NCBI GenBank assembly: GCA_043811535.1
Contig: JBDRNC010000004.1
Location: 94,759 to 158,758, forward strand
Direction: 5' to 3'
Length of the DNA stretch: 64,000 nucleotides
Source of the DNA: Elusimicrobiota bacterium
GTDB taxonomy: Bacteria; Elusimicrobiota; Endomicrobiia; Endomicrobiales; JBDRNC01
Under the pieces are notes generated by a model. It had not been told where the DNA came from, did no database searches, and saw only the letters and a list, made by a program, of their open reading frames with translations. Position 1 is the first letter of the stretch. Each line of letters opens with the position of its first letter. Both the position numbers and the translations under genes were made by a program. Positions 38,604 to 47,610 of this stretch are shown here, in pieces.

Positions 38604-38613
38604 GATGACTCCC

Positions 38614-38783
38614 GAACACCTTAAGCACCTAAAGTGTTTCTATTAAATTGCCGTTTGCGAAATACCCGCAAGGGTATTAAGTGTTTTATTTAATTTGCCG
38701 TATGTGAGGCCCCGATAAGCGAAGTGCATCGGGGCAAGAACACCTTGAGCACATTAAGCGTTGTTCTAAATTGCCTTATGCGA
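38614..38783. repeat. Three degenerate 28-29 bp direct repeats separated by hairpins
   Basis: AAG(T/C)GTT...TAA.TTGCC.T.TG(C/T)GA at 38632, 38679, 38756. Confidence 0.6.
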
Positions 38784-38844
38784 CCAACCTTAATTCAGTT
38801 TAATCGAAGTACCCGTCAGGGTACGAAATCCCCTGAAGGGGTCT

Positions 38845-40104
38845 TTACTCCCCAACAGCGGGTTTCATATGTTTTTTATATTCCAGTTTGGGCTTTTCAG
38901 TTTTCATTGCCGCCGGAAGGTCTATCACGCATTTTTCAAGGTCTTTTTGATCCGGCAGTTCGTACATAAGATCCATGAGCAGGTCTTCAAGTATGGCTCT
39001 CAGGCCGCGCGCGCCCGAACCGCGCCGAAGCGCCTGCTTGGCAATCTCGTGCAGCGCGTCGTCCGTAAATACCAGTTCAGCGCCTTCGAGCGAAAACATC
39101 TTCTGATACTGCTTAACCAGCGCGTTTTTCGGTTCCGTAAGGACTTGTATCAAATCCGCCTCATCAAGCACATCCAGCGTCGCGATGACGGGAAGTCTCC
39201 CGACAAATTCCGGAATAAGGCCGAACTTGATAAGGTCTTCGGGCTGGACCATGCCCAGCATCTCGCCTGACGTCCTGCTCTGTTTGCCCTTTACATCCGC
39301 GCCGAAACCTACTCTCTTTTCCGCCGTGCGTGATTCGATTATTTTTTCAAGCCCGTCAAAAGCGCCGCCGCAAATGAAAAGAATGTTAGTGGTATCCACT
39401 TTGATGTATTCCTGCTGCGGGTGTTTCCTTCCGCCCTGAGGAGGGACATTGGCGAACGTGCCTTCAAGTATTTTCAGTAGCGCCTGCTGTACGCCTTCGC
39501 CCGACACGTCGCGAGTTATAGACGGGCTGTCCGAACGGCGGGATATCTTGTCTATTTCATCTATGTAAACTATACCCCTTTCCACGCGCTTGACGTCGAA
39601 AGAGGCGTTCTGAAGCAGTCTGAGGATGATATTTTCAACATCTTCGCCGACATATCCGGCCTCAGTCAGCGTTGTGGCATCCGCTATAGCGAACGGAACG
39701 TGCAGAATCCTCGCGAGCGTCTGCGCCAGAAGCGTTTTCCCTGTGCCCGTTGACCCTATCAGGAGGATATTTGACTTCTGTATCTCTATATCGCTCCTGA
39801 AAACTTTATTATCTAGCCTCCGGTAATGGTTATACACCGCGACCGAAAGGGCTTTTTTGGCGTATTCCTGTCCTATCACGTATTCATCGAGCGTTTTGTT
39901 TATCTGTCTCGGTTTCGGAAGGGTCTTCAGCTGCCTTTTAGAATCTTCGTCTTCCAGCCTGTTCAGAAGGTCGGATGAACTCTTCAGGCACTCTTCGCAG
40001 ATATAGACTCCCTGCCCCCCGATAAGACGGAGCCCTTGCTTCTTGTCCCTATGGCAGAACACGCAATAATAATCGGAATTTACGGGCGGCTTGTTTTCAG
40101 TCAT
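38845..40104 (-). CDS. clpX: ClpX ATPase
   Basis: C4 zinc finger, [19 protein letters not shown] loop, VGF loop. Confidence 0.98.
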   Translation of the reverse strand: MTENKPPVNSDYYCVFCHRDKKQGLRLIGGQGVYICEECLKSSSDLLNRLEDEDSKRQLKTLPKPRQINKTLDEYVIGQEYAKKALSVAVYNHYRRLDNKVFRSDIEIQKSNILLIGSTGTGKTLLAQTLARILHVPFAIADATTLTEAGYVGEDVENIILRLLQNASFDVKRVERGIVYIDEIDKISRRSDSPSITRDVSGEGVQQALLKILEGTFANVPPQGGRKHPQQEYIKVDTTNILFICGGAFDGLEKIIESRTAEKRVGFGADVKGKQSRTSGEMLGMVQPEDLIKFGLIPEFVGRLPVIATLDVLDEADLIQVLTEPKNALVKQYQKMFSLEGAELVFTDDALHEIAKQALRRGSGARGLRAILEDLLMDLMYELPDQKDLEKCVIDLPAAMKTEKPKLEYKKHMKPAVGE

Positions 40105-40712
40105 TTACTCTTCCTTGAAGGTATCACTTCATCTATGATGCCGTACTTTTTTGCTTCCTCCGCGGACATGTAAAAGTTGCGTTCCGTGTCCTGCCTTATC
40201 CTGTCCGCCGTCTGTCCCGTATGTTTCGCCAGGATCTCTACAAGTTTTGTTTTCGTGCTCAGCAGTTCCTTTGTCTCTATATCTATGTCCGTAACCGGGC
40301 CCGAAAGTCCGTCGCCGTAAATCAGCGGCTGGTGAACCATAACGCGCGCGTGCGGCAGGGCGTAGCGTTTCCCTTTTGTTCCGGCGGCAAGCAGCAGCGC
40401 CCCGAACGACATAGCCATCCCCATGCAGATGGTGGTTATCGGCGATTTGACATACTGCATCGTGTCGTAAACCGCCAGTCCTGCGGTTACCATCCCCCCG
40501 GGCGAGTTCACGTATAGATTTATGTCCTTGTCAGGATCTTCCGCGTCAAGATAAAGCAACTGGGCTATGATAAGATTGGCCGAGTCGGTCGTGACTGAAC
40601 CGCCGTATCCCCCGACAAAAATGATGCGGTCCTTCAGCAATCTTGAATAAATGTCGTATCCAACCGCCGCGCCCTGATTCCATCTTTCAATAATAGTCGG
40701 TATAACGCTCAT
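40101..40712 (-). CDS. clpP: ClpP proteolytic subunit
   Basis: [27 protein letters not shown]; start moved to MSVIP at 40712 (SD GGAGG). Confidence 0.96.
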   Translation of the reverse strand: MSVIPTIIERWNQGAAVGYDIYSRLLKDRIIFVGGYGGSVTTDSANLIIAQLLYLDAEDPDKDINLYVNSPGGMVTAGLAVYDTMQYVKSPITTICMGMAMSFGALLLAAGTKGKRYALPHARVMVHQPLIYGDGLSGPVTDIDIETKELLSTKTKLVEILAKHTGQTADRIRQDTERNFYMSAEEAKKYGIIDEVIPSRKSK

Positions 40713-40810
40713 AAAACCTCCGATAGACAATTTAAATATTTCAAGATTGAAAGATTGCAAGATTAAAACGTTTTTAACCTTTAATTTTTCAAATCTTTTT
40801 AATCTTTAAA

Positions 40811-42097
40811 TCATTTAATGTCTTCCTTTATTTTCGCGTTGTCAAAAATCAGCTTATATATTTTTTCTTCTTTCATATGGGAAGCGATATGGTCTTTATT
40901 CTCGCCATAATATTTCTCAACCTCTTTTTCGCGCCCCTTATTCATCTCGAAAAGTTTTGATTTCTCGGACTTGAGGTCTTCTTCGGTGATCTCTATTTTC
41001 TCGGTCTTTGAGATCTCGTTCAATAAATAGGATATTTTGACGTTCCGTTCCGCTTCTGCCTGGTATTTTTCGCGCCACTGCTTTTCGTTCTGCGTAAAGA
41101 CGGATTCAGGCATTCCCTGCGACTGTAAATATTTTTTGGCCTTTGACTCCATGTATTGAAGTTCTTCGCTGATGAGAGATTCCGGAACCGTGAATTTATT
41201 CTGCTCTATCAGGTGGTCCAGGGCCTGTTTCTGCATTTCCTGTTCCTGCCTGTTCTTTTCTTCCGCCTCAAGAGTTTCCTTTACCTTTTTCTGGAGTTCG
41301 GCCAGGCTCGCGCAGCTGAAATCCTTGGCCAGATCGTCGTCAAGAGCGGGCACGACTTTTTCCTTTATCTCGCTTATCCTGACTTTAAAAACCACGTCTT
41401 TTCCGGCGAGTTCCTTTTTCGGATAATTAGCCGGGAGCTTTACTTTGATCTCCTTTTCTTCGCCTTTCTTCGCGCCGGTAAGACCTTCCTTGAAACCCGC
41501 CATGAGCTGCGCCGCCGAGAGATCTATGAGCTGGTTTTTCGCTCCGAGCTCCTTGACGTTCTCTTCGCCGGAATAACCGTCATAATCCACCAACAGCATG
41601 TTCTTTTCGCCGACGGTGTCCGACTGCGAGTCCTGCAGGCGAGCGTTTCTCTCGCGCAGGCCATTAATGGTCTCGCTGACCTTGGCGTCGTTTACCGCCC
41701 TTATCTCTTTTTTTATCTTTATCCCTTTATAACTCTTTATATCGAATTTGGGATGGCGTTCCGCCTTTACTTTAAAAGAAAATGGCTTGTCAAAATCAAA
41801 ATGCAGCTCTTCGACGATTGGATATGTGACCGGCTCTATCTCCTGGTCCTTGAGCGCCTTAAACATGGACTTCGTTACCAGACTTTCAACCACCTTTTCC
41901 CTCGCGGTGGAGACAAAATTCTTTTTTATCAGCTCCAGCGGCGCCTTTCCGGCGCGGAACCCAGGCACCTGGGCCGATTTCTGTATTTCAACATAAACTC
42001 TCTCCGTTTCCTGAAGCACTTCGGGATGCGGCACCTCAACGCTCAGCGTTACGGAACACTGCTTTGTATCCACGACATTTACTTTAACGTTTTCCAT
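40811..42097 (-). CDS. tig: Trigger factor
   Basis: VPGFRAGKAP ribosome-binding motif, FKBP-like domain, tig-clpP-clpX-lon order. Confidence 0.96.
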   Translation of the reverse strand: MENVKVNVVDTKQCSVTLSVEVPHPEVLQETERVYVEIQKSAQVPGFRAGKAPLELIKKNFVSTAREKVVESLVTKSMFKALKDQEIEPVTYPIVEELHFDFDKPFSFKVKAERHPKFDIKSYKGIKIKKEIRAVNDAKVSETINGLRERNARLQDSQSDTVGEKNMLLVDYDGYSGEENVKELGAKNQLIDLSAAQLMAGFKEGLTGAKKGEEKEIKVKLPANYPKKELAGKDVVFKVRISEIKEKVVPALDDDLAKDFSCASLAELQKKVKETLEAEEKNRQEQEMQKQALDHLIEQNKFTVPESLISEELQYMESKAKKYLQSQGMPESVFTQNEKQWREKYQAEAERNVKISYLLNEISKTEKIEITEEDLKSEKSKLFEMNKGREKEVEKYYGENKDHIASHMKEEKIYKLIFDNAKIKEDIK

Positions 42098-42134
42098 TAA
42101 TTTATCTTCCTCTCTTTTTTGATTTCAAGTTTTA

Positions 42135-42218
42135 TGCCCTCGGCAGGAGTTGAACCTGCAACCCCTTTCAGGGATGTGGTCCTAAGCCACACGCGTATGC
42201 CAGTTCCGCCACAAGGGC
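42135..42218 (-). tRNA. tRNA-Leu(TAG)
   Basis: GCCCTTG acceptor stem, anticodon arm TGTGG-CTTAGGA-CCACA, long variable arm, T loop GTTCAAC; CCA not encoded. Confidence 0.95.
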
Positions 42219-42255
42219 ATTTTAGAACTATAAAGATACACTGTATGTGTCCCCA

Positions 42256-42295
42256 TCCGCCGCGGCGGACGCGTCTGCCATTCCGCCACGCCCGC
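42256..42295 (-). pseudogene. 5' half of a tRNA-Leu joined to a TCCGCCGCGGCGGA palindrome
   Basis: GCGGGCGTGGCGGAATGGCAGACGCG (acceptor 5' strand and D arm) then the palindrome; no T arm. Confidence 0.7.
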
Positions 42296-42354
42296 ATAAA
42301 GACGGTTCAAAGGTTCAATAGTTTAAAAATTCAATAGTGCAACTGCAAAAAGTA

Positions 42355-42427
42355 TGGACTGCACAGGAATCGAACCTGTAACCTGACGATTAAGAGTCGC
42401 CTGCTCTACCAATTGAGCTAGCAGTCC
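42355..42427 (-). tRNA. tRNA-Lys(CTT)
   Basis: GGACTGC acceptor stem, anticodon loop CTCTTAA, T loop GTTCGAT; CCA not encoded. Confidence 0.96.
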
Positions 42428-42589
42428 AATACCGTCACAAAAATGTTAATTTCCTATTTATCGACGAGATAATGAAGCAGGATTCATTTTTATGATACTT
42501 TATGACAACATGTGATATGCCTAAAAAACAAGCTGTTTTGCCATCCATTTCAGATTTTTTTCAGATGTATTAATCAATACTGAAAGCGT

Positions 42590-42618
42590 ATTATACCAAA
42601 CAAATCGCAATATTTCAA
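42590..42618 (-). promoter_or_regulatory. Sigma-70-type promoter upstream of the tRNA-tig-clp operon
   Basis: TTGAAA-17 bp-TATAAT with extended TG. Confidence 0.6.
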
Positions 42619-42844
42619 ATGCTAAAATCAATTCTAATCAAATCCGCACAAAGGATTGACCCTATAACAAACCTATTTTGGTCTGAAATGTCATGCGGAA
42701 AGCTATCTCAAGGCAGGTCAATATTCGTTGCAGATTGGTGTGCCCCGCTCTAAATGGGCCTAAAACACGTTAAAATTAGGCTATTGTATGCTGGTTCTGT
42801 AAAACACTATACTTTATTTGAAGCTGGATGAGAAACTGATGCGG

Positions 42845-42907
42845 TCCCCTGGTAAACGCCATTCGAACTTATCTCGACGGAAACCTAAAAGCATTATAGC
42901 ATTTTAC
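42845..42907 (-). repeat. Truncated copy of the promoter and structured-RNA element at 47514-47577
   Basis: 7 substitutions and 1 gap over 64 columns by manual alignment. Confidence 0.8.
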
Positions 42908-42948
42908 TAGCATATTTGGCTGGTACAGTTTAGCCGGGTCAGTCCAAA

Positions 42949-43644
42949 TTATCTTATGAGACCTATAAATGGCAATATACTTATCTTCATTATATTCTTT
43001 ATTTCCGGGTCTATATATCCTTCTTTCATTTTTTCTTTACTTACTGTTTTTTTTGTGTCAATATCAAGTATTTCATTATCGCTTCTCACTAATTTTCCAT
43101 TTAAGCTAAATAGCAATTCATCCTTAACTATCACATTGCCATAAGAAGTTCTCAATTCCGAAGTTATCTTTGCCGTATTACCATTTTTGTAAAAGTAATA
43201 ACATGCGCTCTTAGACCAATCACCGGATGGAGAGGTATAGAATACTATTAAAAACACAATATCGTTGTTCCTGATCCATACATCGGCAATCTCGCATAAA
43301 TTATCACCCGTGCTTTTTACCTTTCTTTCTTCAGCACTAACGAATTTAACCCATCTACTTTCCTTTTCACTTGTTGCATCAGAGACATCACCAAAATATA
43401 ATCTTTTTTTCTCGTTGCTCTTCACATATCCATCTATTTCTGCACATATTTCATTTATAGTATTTATATCTATTCTCTTGACAATTACATCCGTTTCTTT
43501 GATAACATTACTTTGATATTTGCTTTGTTCATTTTTCGAGGAGTAATTTTCCTTTGCGTTAACTGCATTATAAACTATTAATGCAAATAACATCGTTAAA
43601 ACCATTGGAACCACATAATAGTTATATCTACGTCTTTTTATCAT
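42949..43644 (-). CDS. Hypothetical secreted protein
   Basis: 231 aa ORF, N-terminal hydrophobic segment, SD GGGGG. Confidence 0.65.
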   Translation of the reverse strand: MIKRRRYNYYVVPMVLTMLFALIVYNAVNAKENYSSKNEQSKYQSNVIKETDVIVKRIDINTINEICAEIDGYVKSNEKKRLYFGDVSDATSEKESRWVKFVSAEERKVKSTGDNLCEIADVWIRNNDIVFLIVFYTSPSGDWSKSACYYFYKNGNTAKITSELRTSYGNVIVKDELLFSLNGKLVRSDNEILDIDTKKTVSKEKMKEGYIDPEIKNIMKISILPFIGLIR

Positions 43645-43706
43645 TGTATTACCCCCTTATATTCTACACGCATATTTAATATGTACGACTTCAACATACA
43701 AATATA

Positions 43707-45224
43707 TTATTGGCTTCTTAGATACGCTGCTAAACCTTCGTTTCCACAGTTTTCCGCTACATCAATAGCTGTTTCGCCTTTCTTGTTTTTCAGTCCAATA
43801 TTGGCGCCTGTTTTTAAAAGCAGTTTTGCCATCTCAAGTGAATTATTTGAAGCCGCAATAATTAGTGCCGTGTCTCCATTACTATCAACAGCATTGATAT
43901 CCGATCCTTTTTTGATAAGCATTTCGGCACATACCAATGAATTTATTGGCCATTCCTTCAACCACTTATTGCGTTTTTCCTTTTTTACAATAATCATCCA
44001 AATAGCTTGCCCAGCTTTAACCTTGCTATACGAATCCTGTAAAACGCAGATCATAAGCGGAGTCTTGCCTTCCTTATCGCGGCTATGAATGTTTGCACCT
44101 TTATCAAGTAATAGTTTAAGCACATTTATAGAATTGTGATCCGCTGCCCATGCTAATGCAGTCCAGCCTCTATCATCTTTTGCTTCGATTTTTGCCTTTT
44201 TTCTAATTAATAAATCGGCTATCCTCGTATTGTTGTTTTTCGAAGTCATCATTAAAGGCCTCATTTCCTTGTAATCTTGTACTTCTATGTTCATTCCTTT
44301 ATCTAACAGCAATTCAACGACATTATATTGTTCTAATGCAACAGCAAATAATAACAGGTCCCAGCCCCAACTGTCCTTGCCCTGTAACTTTACTCCTTTT
44401 TTTATTAGGTATTCCGCTACGTTAGGAGAATTGTTAACAACCGCTGATTTCAGCAATCCATATCCGAATATATTATGCGTGTCGTCTCTTGCGCCATGTT
44501 CCACTAGATATTCCAATATCTCTAAAGAATTATAATTTGCGGCGTCGCTAATGGGTGCATTGCCAATGAAATCCGTACTATTCACATCGGCGCCATTTTC
44601 TACTAATAGCTTAACCAACTTCAGTGATTTCTTCCTTACTGCTAATAATAATGAATTTGTCTTGGAATCATCATGAGCGTTCACATCTGCGCCATTCTTT
44701 ACCAACAATTCAGCCACCTCATTCGACTCTCTCCAAACCGCGTGCATCAATGGAGTATAATTAGTTTTATCTCTTGCATTAACCTTTGCGCCTTTTTCAA
44801 TCAGAAGGTTTACAGTATCCGTAGAATTCCTGTGCGCTGCTGCAAATATCGCACTGAAACTTTCCTTATCTTCTCTTGCTTCTAGATCCGCCCCGTTTTC
44901 TATCAATATACGGCTAATCTCAGGATGCTGATAATAGATAGCATTCAGTAGAGGGGTCATGCCTATATTGTCTCGCACGTCAAGATCCGCCCCATTTTCC
45001 ACAAGATATTTTACCGTATTTATGGCGTTGTTTTGTACTGCCACAATTAGTGGATTTGCTCCAGATGCATTCTTTTCATCTAGAAACTTCTTTATATTTC
45101 CTTTCTTAAGTCTGCTTATATTATCGGTCTCAATATTATTCCAATACACCTCATAATTTGTTGCGCAACCTGATAATATGACAATTAAAGGAAATACATA
45201 TTGTATTTTCATAAAATACCCCAT
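43707..45224 (-). CDS. Ankyrin-repeat lipoprotein
   Basis: Lipobox LSGC; many G.TPL..A...LL..GAD.N repeats. Confidence 0.92.
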   Translation of the reverse strand: MGYFMKIQYVFPLIVILSGCATNYEVYWNNIETDNISRLKKGNIKKFLDEKNASGANPLIVAVQNNAINTVKYLVENGADLDVRDNIGMTPLLNAIYYQHPEISRILIENGADLEAREDKESFSAIFAAAHRNSTDTVNLLIEKGAKVNARDKTNYTPLMHAVWRESNEVAELLVKNGADVNAHDDSKTNSLLLAVRKKSLKLVKLLVENGADVNSTDFIGNAPISDAANYNSLEILEYLVEHGARDDTHNIFGYGLLKSAVVNNSPNVAEYLIKKGVKLQGKDSWGWDLLLFAVALEQYNVVELLLDKGMNIEVQDYKEMRPLMMTSKNNNTRIADLLIRKKAKIEAKDDRGWTALAWAADHNSINVLKLLLDKGANIHSRDKEGKTPLMICVLQDSYSKVKAGQAIWMIIVKKEKRNKWLKEWPINSLVCAEMLIKKGSDINAVDSNGDTALIIAASNNSLEMAKLLLKTGANIGLKNKKGETAIDVAENCGNEGLAAYLRSQ

Positions 45225-45247
45225 TCTTCTATAGAATGTAATATATC

Positions 45248-46195
45248 CTACTTTTCCTTTGGTTCACTTATTTTTATAATAATATCTGCTAGCTGTTTTC
45301 TAAGCTCTTTATATCTTGCTTGAGCCAAGTATCCCCTGAATGCTTTTGATTCCTGCCTTATATATTCATCCGGAATGCCTTGCATTTTATCTATTACTAT
45401 TTTTATATCATCATAACGTTTTAGATCTATCAATAATGCTGATGCCTTTACGTAACACCTGTATTCTCTTTTTGTCCTTTCTGATTTTTTATAGTTCTCG
45501 GCGGCATTAAGATAAATGTTTACAGCTTCTATATTCGGATTTGTTTCCGAATACTTATCTGCGGTATCTTCAAGTAATATACCTACGGAATTGAAGTCGC
45601 CCGCGCCTGAAAATATCTTAATAAATCCTTGCAAGTTATTTAAAAATCTCTCTGTTTCATATTGCTCCATTTCGCTCATGGGAACAAATTTGATTTCATA
45701 TATCGAAAAACCCCATTCAGTTCCTTTTTTCAGTAAATCCAGTTTGATATACCTGGCGCTCTTGAAGGTATCTGTGCTTATCGTAAATAAATCATGCAGA
45801 ATTATGCCGTTGCTATTAATATGTTTAATTTGCTTCCAATTTTTCGTATCCAAAGATGCAAGGATTGCATATTCTTTCGCATAAGCTACTTCCCAGAATA
45901 TCTCGATCGCATACAATTCGATAGGTTTACCGAAATCAAATATCACCCACTGGTTATCCTTGAATTCGCTAGACCATCTTGTATTAAGGTCGCCATCCGT
46001 CATCTTGTCGGGGGTCAATCCCGGGCCGCCATCGGATGAGGCAGTGACTTTTATTTGCGTTATTTTATCATTAGTAAGGATCGAGGCTTTATCAGGTATT
46101 GTCGAAGTATTAATACTTGCCTGACAATAAATCGACATACAAATAAATGAGAGTGCCAAAATCCAGCGATTGATTGCATATTGTCTTTTACTCAT
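45248..46195 (-). CDS. Secreted discoidin (F5/8 type C) domain protein with helical C-terminus
   Basis: TASS, DGDLNTRWSS, QWVIFDFG, WEVAYAKEY, ARYIKL, FSIYEI; start moved to MSKRQ. Confidence 0.85.
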   Translation of the reverse strand: MSKRQYAINRWILALSFICMSIYCQASINTSTIPDKASILTNDKITQIKVTASSDGGPGLTPDKMTDGDLNTRWSSEFKDNQWVIFDFGKPIELYAIEIFWEVAYAKEYAILASLDTKNWKQIKHINSNGIILHDLFTISTDTFKSARYIKLDLLKKGTEWGFSIYEIKFVPMSEMEQYETERFLNNLQGFIKIFSGAGDFNSVGILLEDTADKYSETNPNIEAVNIYLNAAENYKKSERTKREYRCYVKASALLIDLKRYDDIKIVIDKMQGIPDEYIRQESKAFRGYLAQARYKELRKQLADIIIKISEPKEK

Positions 46196-46303
46196 ATTAG
46201 TTCCGACCCGATCTGCCCTACTGGATTCTGAGCCATTCATTGGCTATTTTTCCCTAATTAATTTATTAATTTACAACCATTTGATAAATGGGGCACGTTA
46301 TCA

Positions 46304-47368
46304 TTAGTCACCATCAGCCTCTCCTTCATTTTCATGGTATAACAAATCATCGGAAACAAAGAAATTGTGTTTCACTAATAATTCCCAGTGTTTCTTAACT
46401 TCTTGATAATATCGGGAATTTTTGTGTTTTGTAATAAAGTCCAAATAAGCATCCCTAAATTCCTTATGCACTGGACCTTTATCGCCACCATTGCGACTTC
46501 CGTCATATATTGGGCTATTATTCGCACCAAATTTCAATAACCTAATGAGCCGACCGGCATATCGTGTACAATCCTGAAAATATTTGCCCTTAGGATATCT
46601 TGTCATATAGTTCTCAAGTATTACGATTCTTTTTACAAGCTCCTCCGGACCAACTATAAGCCCCCCATCATCTATCACTCTCTGTTTTTCAAATTCACTA
46701 CTTAAATCATAATATTCAGCTTCTTCTTTTGGTAGTCTTCCTTCAAATATTGTTTCTAAATAGAACGGGAGTTTTCTTGCATATTCAATTCCTTCAGTCA
46801 TGTCAATATAAATACCATTTCGTATTAGTTTAGGAATCGCTGCGGCTATCATTTTATTATCCCCTGTGAGAGTATTTTTATCATCTTCCGAGATATCCCC
46901 CCACATGAGAGGCAATCCGTTACCGCCATATATTTTACCCCAATTATATGACGGGATGTTTGGTTTAAGCTTCTTATAATATGGGTCGAATACTTCAATT
47001 GACAATGGGTCCTCTTTTAATGAAAGCACCTTTGATGGTGGTATTAAATAGTCATCTTGAATCTCTTTTTCTATTATCTCAATCTGTTCAGTATAGAAGT
47101 CATCAATCTTGTTATAACCCCTAGAAACAAGTTCGGGCGATGTTACCAAATTAATGAGCAGAAGAGATGCTTTGAATGTATTTCCTAGCTGGGCTTTATT
47201 CAGGGATGAAAGGTATTTTTCAAACTCGCCATATTTATATTCCTCATTTTTCCCCGAACAACGATCAATAATTATTTTCACATCAGGATACATAGCTTTA
47301 TCCGTGCCTGACCTGCTAATAGAAGACATAAATAGTGAAATAAGAATGACATAAATACATCGTTTCAT
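46304..47368 (-). CDS. Hypothetical secreted helical protein
   Basis: Start MKRCIY with SD GAGG and signal peptide. Confidence 0.65.
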   Translation of the reverse strand: MKRCIYVILISLFMSSISRSGTDKAMYPDVKIIIDRCSGKNEEYKYGEFEKYLSSLNKAQLGNTFKASLLLINLVTSPELVSRGYNKIDDFYTEQIEIIEKEIQDDYLIPPSKVLSLKEDPLSIEVFDPYYKKLKPNIPSYNWGKIYGGNGLPLMWGDISEDDKNTLTGDNKMIAAAIPKLIRNGIYIDMTEGIEYARKLPFYLETIFEGRLPKEEAEYYDLSSEFEKQRVIDDGGLIVGPEELVKRIVILENYMTRYPKGKYFQDCTRYAGRLIRLLKFGANNSPIYDGSRNGGDKGPVHKEFRDAYLDFITKHKNSRYYQEVKKHWELLVKHNFFVSDDLLYHENEGEADGD

Positions 47369-47407
47369 GATGTTGTACCTCGTTAAATTGTAGCAATATT
47401 TCACAAA

Positions 47408-47556
47408 CAAAAAACCGCTCAGGTTAGTGAGCGGTTCAAATGGCGTTTACTCATGAGCGCTTCTGCGATTTGATGATTTTGATTGATATTTCATTGTATT
47501 TTAAGTTGTGGAATCCCCTTGGCAAGTGCCATTCGAACCTGTCTCGACGGAAACCC
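47408..47556 (-). ncRNA. Candidate structured small RNA or attenuator leader
   Basis: TGCTATAAT -10 upstream; long-range stem GGTTCGAATGGC/GCCATTTGAACC; terminator AACCGCTCA-N6-TGAGCGGTT plus T run. Confidence 0.5.
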
Positions 47557-47610
47557 AAAACCATTATAGCATTTTACCGGCCACACATAATCCTGAGTTA
47601 GCCAATATCA

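Noticed and set aside
38614..38783. Possible CRISPR array
   Set aside because: Repeats are degenerate, spacers are 18 and 48 bp and palindromic, no cas genes in the window
42097..42337. ORFs 42097..42297 and 42119..42337
   Set aside because: They overlap tRNA-Leu and the tRNA fragment
42355..42427. tRNA-Lys as integration site of the AT-rich region
   Set aside because: The region lies on the tRNA 5' side; no integrase or duplicated 3' end was seen
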